DNA from: Dudresnaya verticillata
Lineage: Eukaryota
Reading direction: 5' to 3'
DNA: 64,000 nt
NCBI GenBank assembly: GCA_977862235.1
Contig: OZ374563.1
Location: 1,240,001 to 1,304,000 of the forward strand
Both the position numbers and the translations under genes were made by a program. This document shows, one piece after another, positions 47,700-60,439 of this stretch (position 1 is the first letter of the stretch; every line of letters begins with the position of its first letter). The notes below the pieces were generated by a model. It was not told the DNA's origin. It made no database searches and was given only the letters and a program-made list of their open reading frames with translations.

Positions 47700-50298
47700 T
47701 TACACGTCTCCTGCGACGTTTTCCGAGTCGGGGTGCGCCATGAGTGCCTCCTCCACCATATCAGCTGGGGGCTCGCCAACCACACCACCATCGACAGTCA
47801 GCACCCGTGCGGAGCGTTGCTGGTAGTTGCCCGGCGGACGATTTCCCGTATTGGAGTTGGCGAAAGACTGTCGCTTGAGGAGGATCGCTTGATAGTTGCG
47901 CTCGCACTCTTCCATCAGGGGACCCCTTTCGGTGTCGCTCAGATACGGACAAATTACATGGTCCGGGGAGAGGCACAAGCGACAGTAGCCGCTTCCATTG
48001 AGGCGTTTGACCTCCAGTGAGGTGTGGTCCGTATGCTCTGCGGCAGGGGATTGTGTTCCAATACGGTGTTCGCCCTGCCCTTGACGGGGAGGCGTGTTGC
48101 CGTGGGGGTGTCCAATATGGCTGGGATGCTGCCCAGTGGTTCCCTGACGGTGTGTGGCGGGGCCGTAGCGGCTATCAGCCGGTCCGTAGCGGGGTTGGCG
48201 GGGTAGTGGCATCCGTTGGCATCCGTGGCCCTGGTGGGCGAAGGTTGGGAGTCCGAGGCGGAGTAGGGTAGACACTACTCGGTGGGGAAGAGTACGCTGT
48301 AGTAAACGTAACCCCCGACGAGGTGCCCGCGCTTTGACCCGCGCCACCTTCCAGAGCGAGCACGTGCTCCTCCGATTCAGCGGGATACTCCGAGTAGGTA
48401 TAATCCGATGGAGAACCAATCCACAGAACGCCAGAGCGTCGTGACTGGCTCTTAGGTTTTCCGTCGAAGACGTGCACCGCTGAGGTTTGGCGTCTGGTTG
48501 CCCGATGGGATTCTCCAAGCCCTTTAGCGTAGCGGCTGATGGCTTGGTAATCCATGTGGGGGTGTGTTGCTAGATAATTGCGCATCTGCTGACACGTTCC
48601 CGGTAGGAGCCCTTCCACAAACAGCGACTTGAGGGACCTGTCGGAGAATACTGTACCGCATCGGAGTGCCTTAGTCCAAAGTTGGTTGGAGAATTGCTCT
48701 TCCGTTAAGGCCGACGTTTGTCGAAACGACGTTACGTCCGAATACCCTTCGGCAATCACCTCATCTGTAGCATAAGTCCTTAGCAAAAAGTTCACCACCT
48801 CGGTATAGGTGCGAAGCATCTCTGCTTGCTCCTCGTCGACCGCCATGGTGCCACCAGCGAGACGGGCCTGAAGCAAAGCTTCAGCCTGTCCACTCAAGAA
48901 AAACTGGAAACACCACAGTGCGGTTCCTTCCGAAATGGAGTTGATGTTACACGCATCCTTGAACTTCGCGAGAAATCCAAGGACCGTGATGGGGTCTGTA
49001 CCGTTAAAGGAGTGGGACTTCATTTGCACCTCCAGCTTTTTGCGGATACGTCCCATATTCTGGGACAAGCTAGAGCTGTAGTATGAACTCTTTTTCTCCA
49101 GTCGGTATGTTCGGAAATCCAGCGCCTTCACGAACCTGTCTTTCAAGGGCCGGATCACCTTTGGGAGTGGCCTGTCGACCTCTCGGTGTTTGGCGACGTG
49201 TTTTCTGGCCCGACGCCGCTCGTCCCTATCCGTATCGGAGTAGCTCGTATCAGAGCCAGAGGAATGGGAGTAGTCATGCCCTTTTCGTCGCCTATGGCGC
49301 GACTTGCGCTTATTATTCTTCCTATTGCGGTGTTGGCTATCATCAGATTCCGTACTGGAGTATTCTTTGTCCCGTCGCGAAGCGCGTTTGCTCCGTTGCG
49401 AACGGTCACGTTCCTTATCGGAGTGGGAGTCCTTGGCCTTTCTGTCGGCACTGTCTCTACCACTCCGGTCTTGGTTTTTCTTGGAGTCACCATCGGAGTG
49501 CTCACTGCCTCTACGCGAAGCCACCGGCACGGTGATACGTTCCCCCGCAGGCACTTCTGCGGGTCCAGGGACCGTACTCCGATTCGGTTGGGGTTGTTGT
49601 GTTGGATCCAATTCGGTGTATTGAGCTTGGGTAGGTAACCCAGGGGCTGCCGTTGTCCTTACCGGATCGGGCGGAAACACCTGAGTGGGGATTTCTGGCA
49701 TATACGTCGTTTCTCCCTTGACCGGGAAGTTATTCCGTATCGGTGTAGGTCCAGAAAAGGGCGGCTCCTTGGGTCCCGTTAGGGGTTGTCCGGGGATGAG
49801 CATCTGCTCGATCTCCGATGCCTGACGCTCCTGACGGATGAGCGTCTGTACCAACTGCGGAAGGTGCTTCTCCAGGTAGGAGCTAACAATGACCGGAACG
49901 GTGTCGGCGAGCGTGGTCTCAACCTCCTTGACCATGTTGGGTTGCACCTCTATACGGAGATGCTCCAACAGCCGTGGGATGACCTCCGAAAGTATCCAAT
50001 GGACACGACTGGAGTCACCTGGCTTGGATACACCCTTGCGGGAAGTGTCTGAACCAGGTCGGGATCTAGCGAGCTTACTGGCTACACCTTTAAGGAGTTC
50101 TTCGGGGTTCTCCATACCGGGGTTCAGGTCGGCAGCATCGCCACGGCGTGTTCTCGTGGCTGAGGCTACCTCCGGTTCGGTGGGCTCACTGCGGCGTGTT
50201 CTCGCAGTAGAGGGCACCTCCGGGATGGTGTTATCGTCACCGCGGCGTGATCTCGCGGTTGACGGCACCTCACCTTGATCCGATACGGTAGGGTACAT
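47700..50298 (-). pseudogene. gag: Element E gag
   Basis: DFRTYRL...FNGTDPI...ISEGTA block. A frameshift near 48200-48300 leads to the knuckle-like CRLCLSPDHVIC. Confidence 0.82.
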
Positions 50299-50466
50299 GT
50301 GTTCTTCTATTCGTAGGTTACCAAAACGGAGTCAACGAGTGTTTTGCCTTGTCCTGCCTTTACACCAATACGGAGTTGTCACGAAGCTGACCTCCTACCG
50401 AAGCGGAGTCCAACGGAGATTCTTCTACCTTGACGGCCTTCTAGGTCGGGAGACCAAAAAGATGTG

Positions 50467-51243
50467 TGTGGCGCAAATCGCCTTGGCGCCCTGCTGAAGA
50501 ATTCTTCATAATGCCGCCACCCGCGGCTCACGCGACTGCGGACGACGGACGCACAGCGGCCGGTTCCTGCGGATCAACCGCTGTGCGGGTGATTGAGCTC
50601 AGAGCCAATTTCTATAATGAGCTCGGGCACCACGCGCACGCGCCAGCAATGATACTGGGGAAATGCCTCTGTAAGGCGCCCGGCCTGACCGTGCCCGGCG
50701 CCCTCTGCCAGCAAGGATGGCCCCGCAAGACGACAACGCGTACACGTGCACACGTGCGCCCCCTTGGCGCACACCGTTCAGCCACACTGCCACTAGGCTG
50801 ACAGTTGATATTTTAGTAGATAATTATAGAATTGCGGGCGCCACGTAATGCCAGGTGGCGCGCCCCCTTCCCTTACCTTAATCCGCCACCAAGGCGCACT
50901 CGCCTCCTACATAGTATATTAGGGCCCTGAGGTGCGCCCTCATACAGTAAACGGCTAAGCTTGGGCCCAGCGAGACGTACCCTCCTACCCTATCGACTCC
51001 CTCTCTAGGCTGGACTCCAGTACATACGCTACCCTTCTTCATCGTACAGAATCCTGTTTTTCTCTTATTTTTCCCTTGTTTTCTCTTCCTTTCTAGGGTA
51101 ACCCCCTTTCTCGGTCTTGTAGTGTTTTACAGTCGCACTACGGGGCTACTACCCTGCTCTACCGCTACTACCTCACCTGCTACCGCCAGGCCCCCGAACC
51201 GCCTGAGGTGCATCCTCGATTCTACCAAGTGGATTGCACCACA
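50467..51243 (+). mobile_element. Solo LTR (777 bp) of another family inserted at the tip of the E LTR
   Basis: Ends TGTGGCGCAAATC / GATTGCACCACA, TSD ATGTG at 50462-50466 and 51244-51248. Removing it restores the PBS-AAAAGA-TGTGGTGAAG junction of E. Confidence 0.88.
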
Positions 51244-53743
51244 ATGTGGTGAAGTGAAAGGCACACCTGTAAGGAGAGCTGATCAGGCAATCCCAATAAG
51301 GAGTGATCTCACACGGCACCGGGGTGGTAGAGCTTAGTTCGTAGACCGATGGGAGTACCTCGAGCGGCAACACCTGTTAGGAGTAAAGGGACGCAACAGA
51401 CAAGGGGGACGGTACAGTGCCAGGGCAGCTACACCGGGACGGAGGTAGGAGGAATCCGTGCACGGGGCTGGCGAGGGGAAACCGTAAAGGAGATGAGGGT
51501 AAGGCTTAGGGTAAGTCACTTTGCCCAGGGTTGCGTACCCGTTTACTGTAGGACTCGCGGTGGCCACCCATTAATATACTGGGAGATACGCCCCGCGGTC
51601 CGGTCCGTGTGGGCCAGACCCCAATGGGTCTGGGCCACCAGGTGGGTCCGGCCCTACTGGTCCCGGTCACCGTTGCGGACATGCTCGGCATTCTCATTGG
51701 CCGGCTGACACTACGTACTGTACAGCATCATTACAATTACCTAATTACAAATAAATCAACTACTTGGCTCCTATGGGTGGTGCGCGCAGACTCCAGCAAG
51801 GCGTACAGTGCTACTGTGTCGCTGCACTCCCGTTCGGATTTTGGCGCCAGCTCACCGGGGCGCCGGTCGCAAGTCGGCTCAACCGTCGTCGGCACTCCAC
51901 AACGGCCGCTTCACCACAGGAGCGACTAATCCCGATGCGGCCAGAATCCGCCGTTGAAGGCACCCACCCCGGGATCTTGTTCATATGGATAGCACGTGAG
52001 ACCGAGTTCCTTGTCGTCCTTACACCGGCGCGAGATACGTGCATAAGCCCTCATCCACTTAGGCTCGATCCCCGCCTCTGCCAATGACTTGCCCTTCGCA
52101 ACTTCCTTGGCCTTGGAAAGGATGTCCTCAGCGACAGTAACACTGTTTGGCAAATCGAATGTAGACATTGCGTAAAGTCTGTGCCGCACGTGCAGCACTT
52201 GGTCGAGCGACGTTTGACTGGACTAGAAACAGCCTACCGCCAGAAAAGTTCCGGGGACTCTCTTTCTAAAGAAAGAGAGAGGCATGGGAGAACATCTTGT
52301 TCCCCCGGCGGGTGATCTCTTATCGAGATGCGACGGCGGCTGCGAGAACAGAACAGAACCGTCTCAAAGAGCTGGATCACAGAGCCATTCGTACGTGTCG
52401 CGCATCGCCACCTTGTGTGGCCAGCCTTGCTATTTTGGTGATTACAGTTCCATCAGCATAAATGAATCAGCATGGGGTTCCCAGGGTCTACACAACACGA
52501 AACATGGCCTCTCCAGGCAGAAATCCTGTGTGCCCAGCTCGGTGAATGCGTGCATGCACCATTGCTCTGCGTGGAAAATGGCTGGTGGGCGTCCGCGGCA
52601 AAGGGGTGTTGGAAGCTGTGGTACAACGGGCGTTGACGCCCTGTAAGGAGCCACGTGGACACGAGTCCTCTGTAAGGAATGACGGGCGCACAACTGCCCG
52701 GATGATATGACGGGTGCTCCGATTGATTTCATTGCTGGAACGCTCATGCGCTGTAAGGCAACACGTGTACAGAGTTAATCTGTAAGGCACACTGCTGATA
52801 TGGCACTGTGCCATTTGGGGATTAACTATGGCCGCACCATCGCGCCATGCATTGCTGGCGGATGTTTGCCGCACGGCGCCTGACAGTGGCGCCGCGCCCG
52901 CCTTGTGGCCTGACCACTCATTCCTACCTAAGGACATATCCTACCTGTATTGTACAGTATTAGCTAAGTATTAGCCATAGAGCTCTAACTGAGCGAGGAG
53001 CACCTTTTCGGCTCTCGCCGTATTTATGGGGCCCCTGAGTAGCAGGGGCCCGGCACTAAACCGGCAGCGGTCTGTGCCTTGGGTTTTCCCCTTTTTGGAC
53101 GCTTACGGTGCTACCGCTACAACTTCCCTTTGGGCGTCTACAAGCCCTGTCGTTTACGACGAATTGCTCTATTCAGCAGGGTTCGTCTTTCCTTTTTTCC
53201 TTTGTAAGGGCTTTAAGCCCTTTCAAGTCTCTACCACCCCTTTACCGAGCTACCAACCACGCGAGTGGGATTGCTCTTTGAGGACAGCTGTCGTTCCGTG
53301 TCGCCGTCTCTGTTGGCTTCAAAGCCATTCTACTACAGTGGTCTCCCGACCTAGAACAAGTTCTCAGGGTCGGACCCTTTTTCTACCGTACCCTCGACGG
53401 GTCGAGTCAAGATATTCAAGACAGGACGTTGTCCGTTGAAGTTTCAAGAATCTTCCTTCGAAGGGTAAAACCCTAGTCGTCTAATTGTCGACGGTTTCTA
53501 CGCTTTATATTAAGCTCCGGAGTGACGTCAAATCTTGTGAGCAAGCAAACTACATTTAACGGTTTTAAAACCGTCCCCAGAAGTGCCCCTCAACGGCGGA
53601 TTGACGCCCGGGTTGAGCCCGCTTCAACAGGTTTTCCGTGCAACCTGAGAAAACACGTGTAATCTTACGGTTCTGGACCGTCGAGAAGCTTGGGAAGGAG
53701 TCCCCGCTACCTCATCGGCAGAGCCGAGAACAAGAGTGGCAAT

Positions 53744-56454
53744 ATGCCAACCTCTAATGGCGAAACTACCCGGCCCGGATTATCGAGCCGGGGAGCAAGC
53801 CGAACAGGCAGTCTTGCCTCCGTGAGAACAACTGGGCCCCGCACCCGCGCAGCCTCAACCGCTCTCGCAGTAAACCCCGTAGCGGGTAAGCCGGGACACC
53901 CTCCTCGATTAACGCGCGCCCCGGCTGGAGAAGAAACACCTGGACCAGGTAGGGACCAGGTCCCGGAAGGAGAATATACGGTTCGAACCGTGCAAGAAGT
54001 CCCCACCAACATCGGGGAGAATGAGGATTCGAACCCTGGAATGATGCCGCCGCCTCTGGCTTTAGCCAGCCAGCAAGCCATAGGCGGACGAGCCCAATAT
54101 GATGATACCACGGCCGCCCCGGACGTAGGGCTGCCGTCAAGAACGAAGTACCATTCGTCGGACGTCCGCTGCTTTACAGAGCGCGAAATAGGACGGATGG
54201 TCGAATTGGGAATCGAGAGATCATTGACGACGAGTGTCGTGGCGCTTCTGGAGAGTCAAGCCGATGACACCTTTCTAAAGGTCAAGAGATATATCGACGA
54301 GGCGTCGGCGCGCCGTGACGACCGCCTTTTGGCTAAGTGCCAACAGGAGATGGAATCTCGATTCCGGCAAGTTCCTCTTAGAGGATTAGAAGAAGAGAGG
54401 GTCAAAACCTTGCAAGCGCAAATGGACTCACTAGGTGACCAATTGGACGCCGTCCATGGAAACCTCCATACGCTTACAAAGGCCACCGACCTAACTCGAG
54501 AAGAAGCCGTAATGGCTATAGAAGACGTTCGTAGAAACGTAGACGACACAAGGTGTGTCGAACAAGACAGAGCGATCGAGCTCTTAAGACAAGAGCTTGA
54601 TGCAGAAAAGCGGAAGGTTTCATTGCTGGAAGCAAGGATGTGACGACTCAGTCGCGAGAGGGATTTAATCCCTGAGGTCGAGCGGCGACGCTCCCCCGTG
54701 CCCGCGGCACGAGAGACCGTCGCAGGACGTCCCCAAGACGTGACTCGGAGGGGGAGTCTGGACAGGACGACCTTAGTCGTAGGAAGTCCACACACCCCCG
54801 GTGTGATTGCCGATCATCGCACGGTCCCACTGTATGTCGAAATACACGGGACGCCCGTCAGGACCGGCTTTCAAGCCGTAATGATGAGGGGCAGCGTCGA
54901 AACGCATCATACCCAGCGCCGATGCAATCGGACGAGGACGAGCCAACGTCACGAGGTCTTTCAAGACCCTCTTGGAGCTCCTGGCGAGGACCGCGTCGAG
55001 CGGGAATCAAGGAGTTAACTCCACGAAACCCGGCGTTCATACAGGTACTTTCGTATCGGAGATACCGATTATTGAATGTCGATTCATATCGTGGGCCCGA
55101 GGTAACGGAAGCCACCTCGAAAAAGATCAAGCGGATCAAATCCGTAATGAGGAGTCGGAGATTCGATGGGCGAGATCCAGTTTCCATCATAGGCTTTCTA
55201 GCCACCTTGAAGAGACAGTTGGACCAAGCCCAAGTGAGCGAAGGAGCGGCCATTCTGGTCATACCTGAATTCCTTGAAAAGGACGCGAAGGACATGTTCG
55301 AAGCAAATTTCGACGCGGCCGGAGACGACAATGGCGGATTCAATGAGTGGCCCGAGGCCATAAATTTCCTCTTGCGGACTTACGCCAAAGACGTTTACAT
55401 TGAACAGATTTCTTCTGAAATGGATACGATGACCCAAGGGTCAGAGGAAGACGAAGTCTCTTTTTCAAGACGTCTACAGAATAAGGCGCGAAAGGTCGCG
55501 GGAGTCTACTCGGAACAAGACTTGATAACGCGTTTTATACGCGGGCTACTACCAGCAGTGAAACCGCTTCTAAGTACGTCCTCTCTGGGCCCGCGCTCCG
55601 CGCGACTAGCCGACTACGTCGAGTTAGCGACAGCTCAGGGAGATTCGCACCGCGCCCTTGCGGGTGGTGCTCGTCTCAAGAAGGCGAGCTCCTCGTTACC
55701 TCGCAAAACCCTGGCACGGGTCAAGATACACAAGTCTGGAAGAGCGCTCCTCATTCGGCAAAACAGGACTCAACAGTCCTCAGACACCGATTCCTCGAAG
55801 AGCAGCAGCTCTGAGGCCGACAGTGAGGACGCAGTGGTTGCAGCCATTGATCAAGAAGCGCCTCCGTCCACCGTAACCCAATCAGACTCGTGGTCTGCGG
55901 CGTTGAGTGACCATCCATACCATGGCGATGAGGACGCAGTCCTTCAGAACTACAACCACAGGATGCCTGCGTGGGCTCAGCCCACAAGGACACAACGTCC
56001 CGGTTGGGTGGCTGTCGAAGACAGGCCAAATGACATATGCTTCGAGTGTCTGGGCGTGGGCCATAAAAAGCCGAATTGCCCATATCTGGCTCGTACGGAT
56101 GAACCGTCATTTGAGGTACTAAAACGCCAGCAGTTTTATCAACTGTCTCGAGAACAGAAGGAATGGTTAGCCACCATAGGGCGACTGCCTGATTTCGCCC
56201 CGGGGAATACCCGTAGGGAACAACCCGATTATGCCTCGCCAGGACGTGGAGCAGGGCCATCGAGGGGGCCTCCTCAAAATTTGGGGTCTGCCCCAAGCCG
56301 GAATGGCCATGTCCAATTTCAAGGGGGATTGAATCATCCAGTGGACACTCCGAAACATACGCCGACGGCGCCACGGTCGCCCAGACCTGGCTCCCGAAGC
56401 CTTCCGCCGCCTCCACCACTCCCGCAGTCGCCTGCTAGTAGGCCGAAAAACTAG
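53744..56454 (+). pseudogene. gag: Element D gag
   Basis: MPTSNGETTRPG start as in B, premature TGA at 54641-54643, a frameshift before 54922 and knuckle CFECLGVGHKKPNC. Confidence 0.88.
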
Positions 56455-58021
56455 CAAGGGGGGAACCGGTTTCGGTCCACGGGGCGACTCCAGTCGTATC
56501 GGAACCCCCCGATCGCTCCGAGGAATGTCATTTCCTATGTCCTCCCTCACCCGAACGATCGGTCTCGCAGGAACTCCCGCTTACTCTTCCAAAGAAGGTT
56601 TTAGCACGCCCCGTGGGCTTACCCCCCGGGTGTAAGTATGATGAGTACATTAAGGACCCAGTGTGCGCGCTATCGAGATACAACTATAAAGTTGTCGCGT
56701 CCGTTGGGACCTCTGTTGAAAACATGACTCAAGTACTTTCAGTTCTGGACACGGGCGCAGGCCCCAATCTCATCAGAGCTGACGTGCTCTCTTTGGACGA
56801 CCGGAAGAAGGTTTCCTCGAACCAGTCGATCGTGAACCTTACTTCGGCATCCAGCCACCGCTCACCAACCTTAGGAATGATCTCCCTCGTCGTCAAGATT
56901 GGAATCTACACGGTCCGTCAACCTTTCATCGTGGTTTCGGCGCTAGCCGTCGATATGATACTAGAATGCACCTATATCGATAGCCACGTCGAAAAACTTC
57001 AAGTGCGTAAGCAACACGTAGTCTTACGTGACGGTTCGGTACATCCCATACTACGACGAAGACGCGGAATCCCAAGAGCCACAAGCTCTGGTGAAACCAT
57101 GGAGGTACCTCCACTAACTACTTCTCGCCTCGTGCGAGTTGCTCACACAACTAACTTACAACCCGGTTCGGAAACCTGGGTCGCAGTATCCTGTACCGCA
57201 AAAGAAACACACTTCTTGGATTCCTTCCAACGTCTTTACGACCGTCAACAAGTGGTCGTCACGAATGGAATCGTCAAGATACAAGAGAACGTTCTCTTCC
57301 GTGTTAAGATTGCTAACTTCTCTCACCGAGTGCAACGGCTAACCAAGAACCAAGTTATTGGTCGCGCCGTTCCCGCTCCGACGGCCACGCAGGTATATAC
57401 TCTTTCCATCGACGATGTCCCCGACAATACGAACCCGAAGCCACAGGACTCGAGTCCTCCTGTCGATACATCGTTCGATGTAGGGGGGGCAGGGCTAGCT
57501 GCTGCTCTTGGCGCGGCCAACTCCAAATTAGGTGTCAAAACCGCCACCGAGAAGGTCACAGTCGACGACTTGGAATTAGAACACCTATCCACGTCTGACA
57601 GACGCCGCGTTCGCAAAATGTTGCGTCCGTTCGCCGACATGTGGAACGGAAAATTAGGAACCATCAAGGTCACGGAGCATCGTGTTGAGCTCACAGAAGG
57701 TTCCAAACCTGTATTCGCACAACCCTATCATTCAGGGCCGAAAGCGCGACAAGCGGAGCAGGACGAGGTCGATAAGATGCTCAAGGAAGGAGTCATAGAG
57801 CCAGCACACTCTGAATTCGCAAGTCCAGTGGTACTGGTTAAGAAGCCTGACGGATCCCTCCGGTTCTGTGTCGATTACGGGAAACTGAACGCGATTACCA
57901 TCAAGGATTCGTATCCTCTACCACGCATGGATGAGTGCTTGGACTCGTTGGGCGACGCCCAGTACTTCACCACCCTCGATTGCAATTCGGGCTACTGGCA
58001 AATACCGGTTGCGGCGGAAGG
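56451..58021 (+). pseudogene. pol: Element D pol, 5' part only (protease and start of RT)
   Basis: The -1 frame is open from 56442. LDTGAGPN, LRFCVDY, YPLPRMD and LDCNSGYWQIP are followed directly by LTR sequence. Confidence 0.9.
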
Positions 58022-58705
58022 TAAGCCCTTTCAAGTCTCTACCACCCCTTTACCGAGCTACCAACCACGCGAGTGGGATCGCTCTTTGAGGACAGCTGTC
58101 GTGCCGTGTCGCCGTCTCTGTTGGCTTCAAAGCCATTCTACTACAGAAGCATGCACCCAATCGTGGTGTAACTAAATTAGTAATTAGGTAATTGTATAAT
58201 TAGAAGCATTACAGTTGCTGGCCGGCCAGCGTCAAGTGACGGCGCGTTCCAGCACGGGGTGGAACCACGTGTACACGTGGTGCACAGCTGGATGGCATGT
58301 GGAGTTCGGGCCTTGCACGTGTGGCGCAATGTGCGGTGTGGTGCATTGGAGCGCAGGCTGCGCAGCCTGATCACCCCTGGGGCGCATGGTGGCCTGGGGG
58401 CTGTTTCGCAAAACTCGGCGCATGTACCCTTCTCCAGTAAGATTCTCGGCGGCTGCAGTTTAATGTATTGGCAGAAGGCATCAGCTGCGGGTCTGCGCGC
58501 GGTGTTTAATGCTGATTTTCTACGGACCAGTCAAGGGGAAGCCGCTCTGTCGGTATTGCTCGGCTTGCGCCGCGCGCCGCGACAGTCGCATCGCAAAGTA
58601 TCTGGCGCGCCGCCAGCGCCCCGGACAACCCAAACCCCGCTGCTCTGCTACACTGCAGCCGCACCGCTGACGCGCCGACGCGCCGATGCCGCGCGCGGCG
58701 CTTCT

Positions 58706-60439
58706 ATGGATGTGTCGCACGCCCTGTCGCCGCGCTTATGGGAGCTGTCGGATTCCCCGTCGTCGTCGGACGGCGAGCCGGCCGTCCTTTCTCGCCCGAC
58801 CTCCATCCACACCCTCTCCTCGGACGACGGCCCCGCCCCGCCGTCCGGCCCGCCCACGGCCGACTCCATCCCCGCGGAACGTCACGACCCAGCCTACTCG
58901 GACCCCGGCGTCCCGCTCCCGCTCGCCCATCTCGACCTCGACCTGGACCCCCTCCGCTTTAGTCCTGCCAGGGTTGTTGACTTAGATGACCTTTGCGCAG
59001 ATGAGGATGGCGAGGCGTCCGAATCAGACACCGGAAGCTGCGGAAGCTCTTCTGGCGGCGTGTTTGCCCCGTTTCGCTCGGAAGGAGGGGCCGACTCGGA
59101 CGACGATGACGGCGACGATGACGGTGACGACGACGGAGGGGACGACGCGGACGACGCTGACGACGAGAGGCAACCTGGCTCTTCCTGCGATAATGTTAAC
59201 GCCACATCCACCAGTTCCCGCTCATCCCGGTCAACGGCGTCATCAAAAGCCGTTTTCACGTCTCTCAAAAAGAGCTGGAAGAAGGTGAAAAAGACTGGCG
59301 CCCGAGGCACTTCTTCGGCGAGCAAGTCACTTTCGTCCATATCTTCGACCTATTTTTACGCGTCGCGCTCTGACGCAACGCGTGAGACCTGGGAGGAGCG
59401 TCATTCGCGCATGGGTGACGAATGGCTCACTTCCATCATTCCGGCATGGGGAAAAAAGAAGAAGACGGCGCGCGTCCGCACACTGGTTTTCCGTGGGATT
59501 CCAGCAAATGTGCGCGGAAGGGCATGGCAGTGCGCTATTGGTAATCCGCTCAATGTTTCCGAGGAGCTTTTCAATGTCCTCAAGGAGCGTGCATTCTCTG
59601 GGAGGATGGAGTATCTCCGTGGCAAGGAGACGGTAGCTCTGGCTGATGGAGATGTCGGTGGCGATGGCGGCAGGGCAGAGGGGATGATGGAACATGAACG
59701 CAGCGCACACAAGGCTATTATGCTGGACTTGCCGCGTACATTTCCAGAGCTCACCTTCTTTCACGCGGAAGGGAGTCATTATGAGTTTGCACTACGAGAC
59801 GTGCTCGAGGCCTTCCTTTACCTGAAGCCGGATGTAGGGTACAGTCAGGGCATGTCATTTTTGGCGGCTGTCCTTCTGCTATACATGGACCCGTATGATG
59901 CCTTTTCCTGCTTCGTTAACATGCTACTGCACAAGAGCTGCTTCTTGCATTTCTTTAAGATTAAGATGCCGGAGGTTCGTTTTTACCTTACTGTACATGA
60001 ACGTCTGCTGAACGAGGAAATGCCGGCTCTGTACTCCCACTTCAAGCAAGAGGGCATCGAATCGGACTTATATATGATTAACTGGGTGATGTCTCTATAC
60101 TGCCGTGCGCTTCCCCTAGACCTGGTAACCAGGATATGGGATCTCTACGTTTTGGACGGGGATGTCGCCATTTTCCGGGCTGCACTCGGCATTTTGAAAC
60201 TTTTCATGTCTAGACTGCTCAAGATGAAGTTTGAGGAGCTGGCTTATTTTCTGAGTCACCTCCCTGCTGATGATATGGAGCCTGACGCACTACTGCAGTC
60301 AATACGAACCATCCGAATTGTAACTCGCAAGCGGTTCCGAGACTATTTCAAAGAATGCGAAGCAGATCATAACAAAGCAGAAGAGAGGACGATAGACTCG
60401 GATCCTGCCGGCAAAAGCCGAAAGGCAGATCAACGATGA
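58706..60439 (+). CDS. TBC-domain Rab GTPase-activating protein
   Basis: GIPANVRGRAW, IMLDLPRTFP (Arg finger), GYSQGMSFLAA (Gln finger) and RIWDLY motifs, with an acidic low-complexity N-terminus. Start placed at ATG 58706. Confidence 0.92.
   Translation: MDVSHALSPRLWELSDSPSSSDGEPAVLSRPTSIHTLSSDDGPAPPSGPPTADSIPAERHDPAYSDPGVPLPLAHLDLDLDPLRFSPARVVDLDDLCADEDGEASESDTGSCGSSSGGVFAPFRSEGGADSDDDDGDDDGDDDGGDDADDADDERQPGSSCDNVNATSTSSRSSRSTASSKAVFTSLKKSWKKVKKTGARGTSSASKSLSSISSTYFYASRSDATRETWEERHSRMGDEWLTSIIPAWGKKKKTARVRTLVFRGIPANVRGRAWQCAIGNPLNVSEELFNVLKERAFSGRMEYLRGKETVALADGDVGGDGGRAEGMMEHERSAHKAIMLDLPRTFPELTFFHAEGSHYEFALRDVLEAFLYLKPDVGYSQGMSFLAAVLLLYMDPYDAFSCFVNMLLHKSCFLHFFKIKMPEVRFYLTVHERLLNEEMPALYSHFKQEGIESDLYMINWVMSLYCRALPLDLVTRIWDLYVLDGDVAIFRAALGILKLFMSRLLKMKFEELAYFLSHLPADDMEPDALLQSIRTIRIVTRKRFRDYFKECEADHNKAEERTIDSDPAGKSRKADQR

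Larger units (their letters stand above)
45058..51918 (-). mobile_element. Ty3/Gypsy copy E: 5' LTR, gag and pol truncated before integrase by element C
   Basis: LTR with perfect 10-bp terminal inverted repeat (TGTGGTGAAG at 51245 / CTTCACCACA at 51909-51918), PBS at 50439-50456, gag 50298-47700 (one frameshift), and pol fragments LDSGAG, YLDD and LDTDAG ending at the C LTR. Confidence 0.9.
52617..58145 (+). mobile_element. Ty3/Gypsy copy D (same family as A) with a large internal deletion
   Basis: 5' LTR 52617-53337, PBS 53339-53356, gag, then PR and the start of RT fused near 58022 to the last about 124 bp of the 3' LTR. TSD GAAGC at 52612-52616 and 58146-58150. Confidence 0.95.

Noticed and set aside
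51926..52198. Short ORF ending in GFWPHRD as a 2OG-Fe(II) oxygenase fragment
   Set aside because: Only a 3-residue motif in a 90-aa fragment beside an LTR, which is not enough evidence.
56452..56457. TAG-CAA stop-codon readthrough at the gag end
   Set aside because: pol is in the -1 frame, not in frame with gag.
51699..58227. Apparent terminal inverted repeat pair (TACAATTACCTAATTAC near 51732 and its reverse complement near 58180)
   Set aside because: The left copy lies inside the E LTR, which has its own terminal repeats. It is more likely a motif shared with an LTR-like relic into which D inserted.
58259..58705. N-terminal extension of the TBC ORF
   Set aside because: Non-ATG start in GC-rich upstream sequence with no protein-like character. 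ATG 58706 is more plausible.
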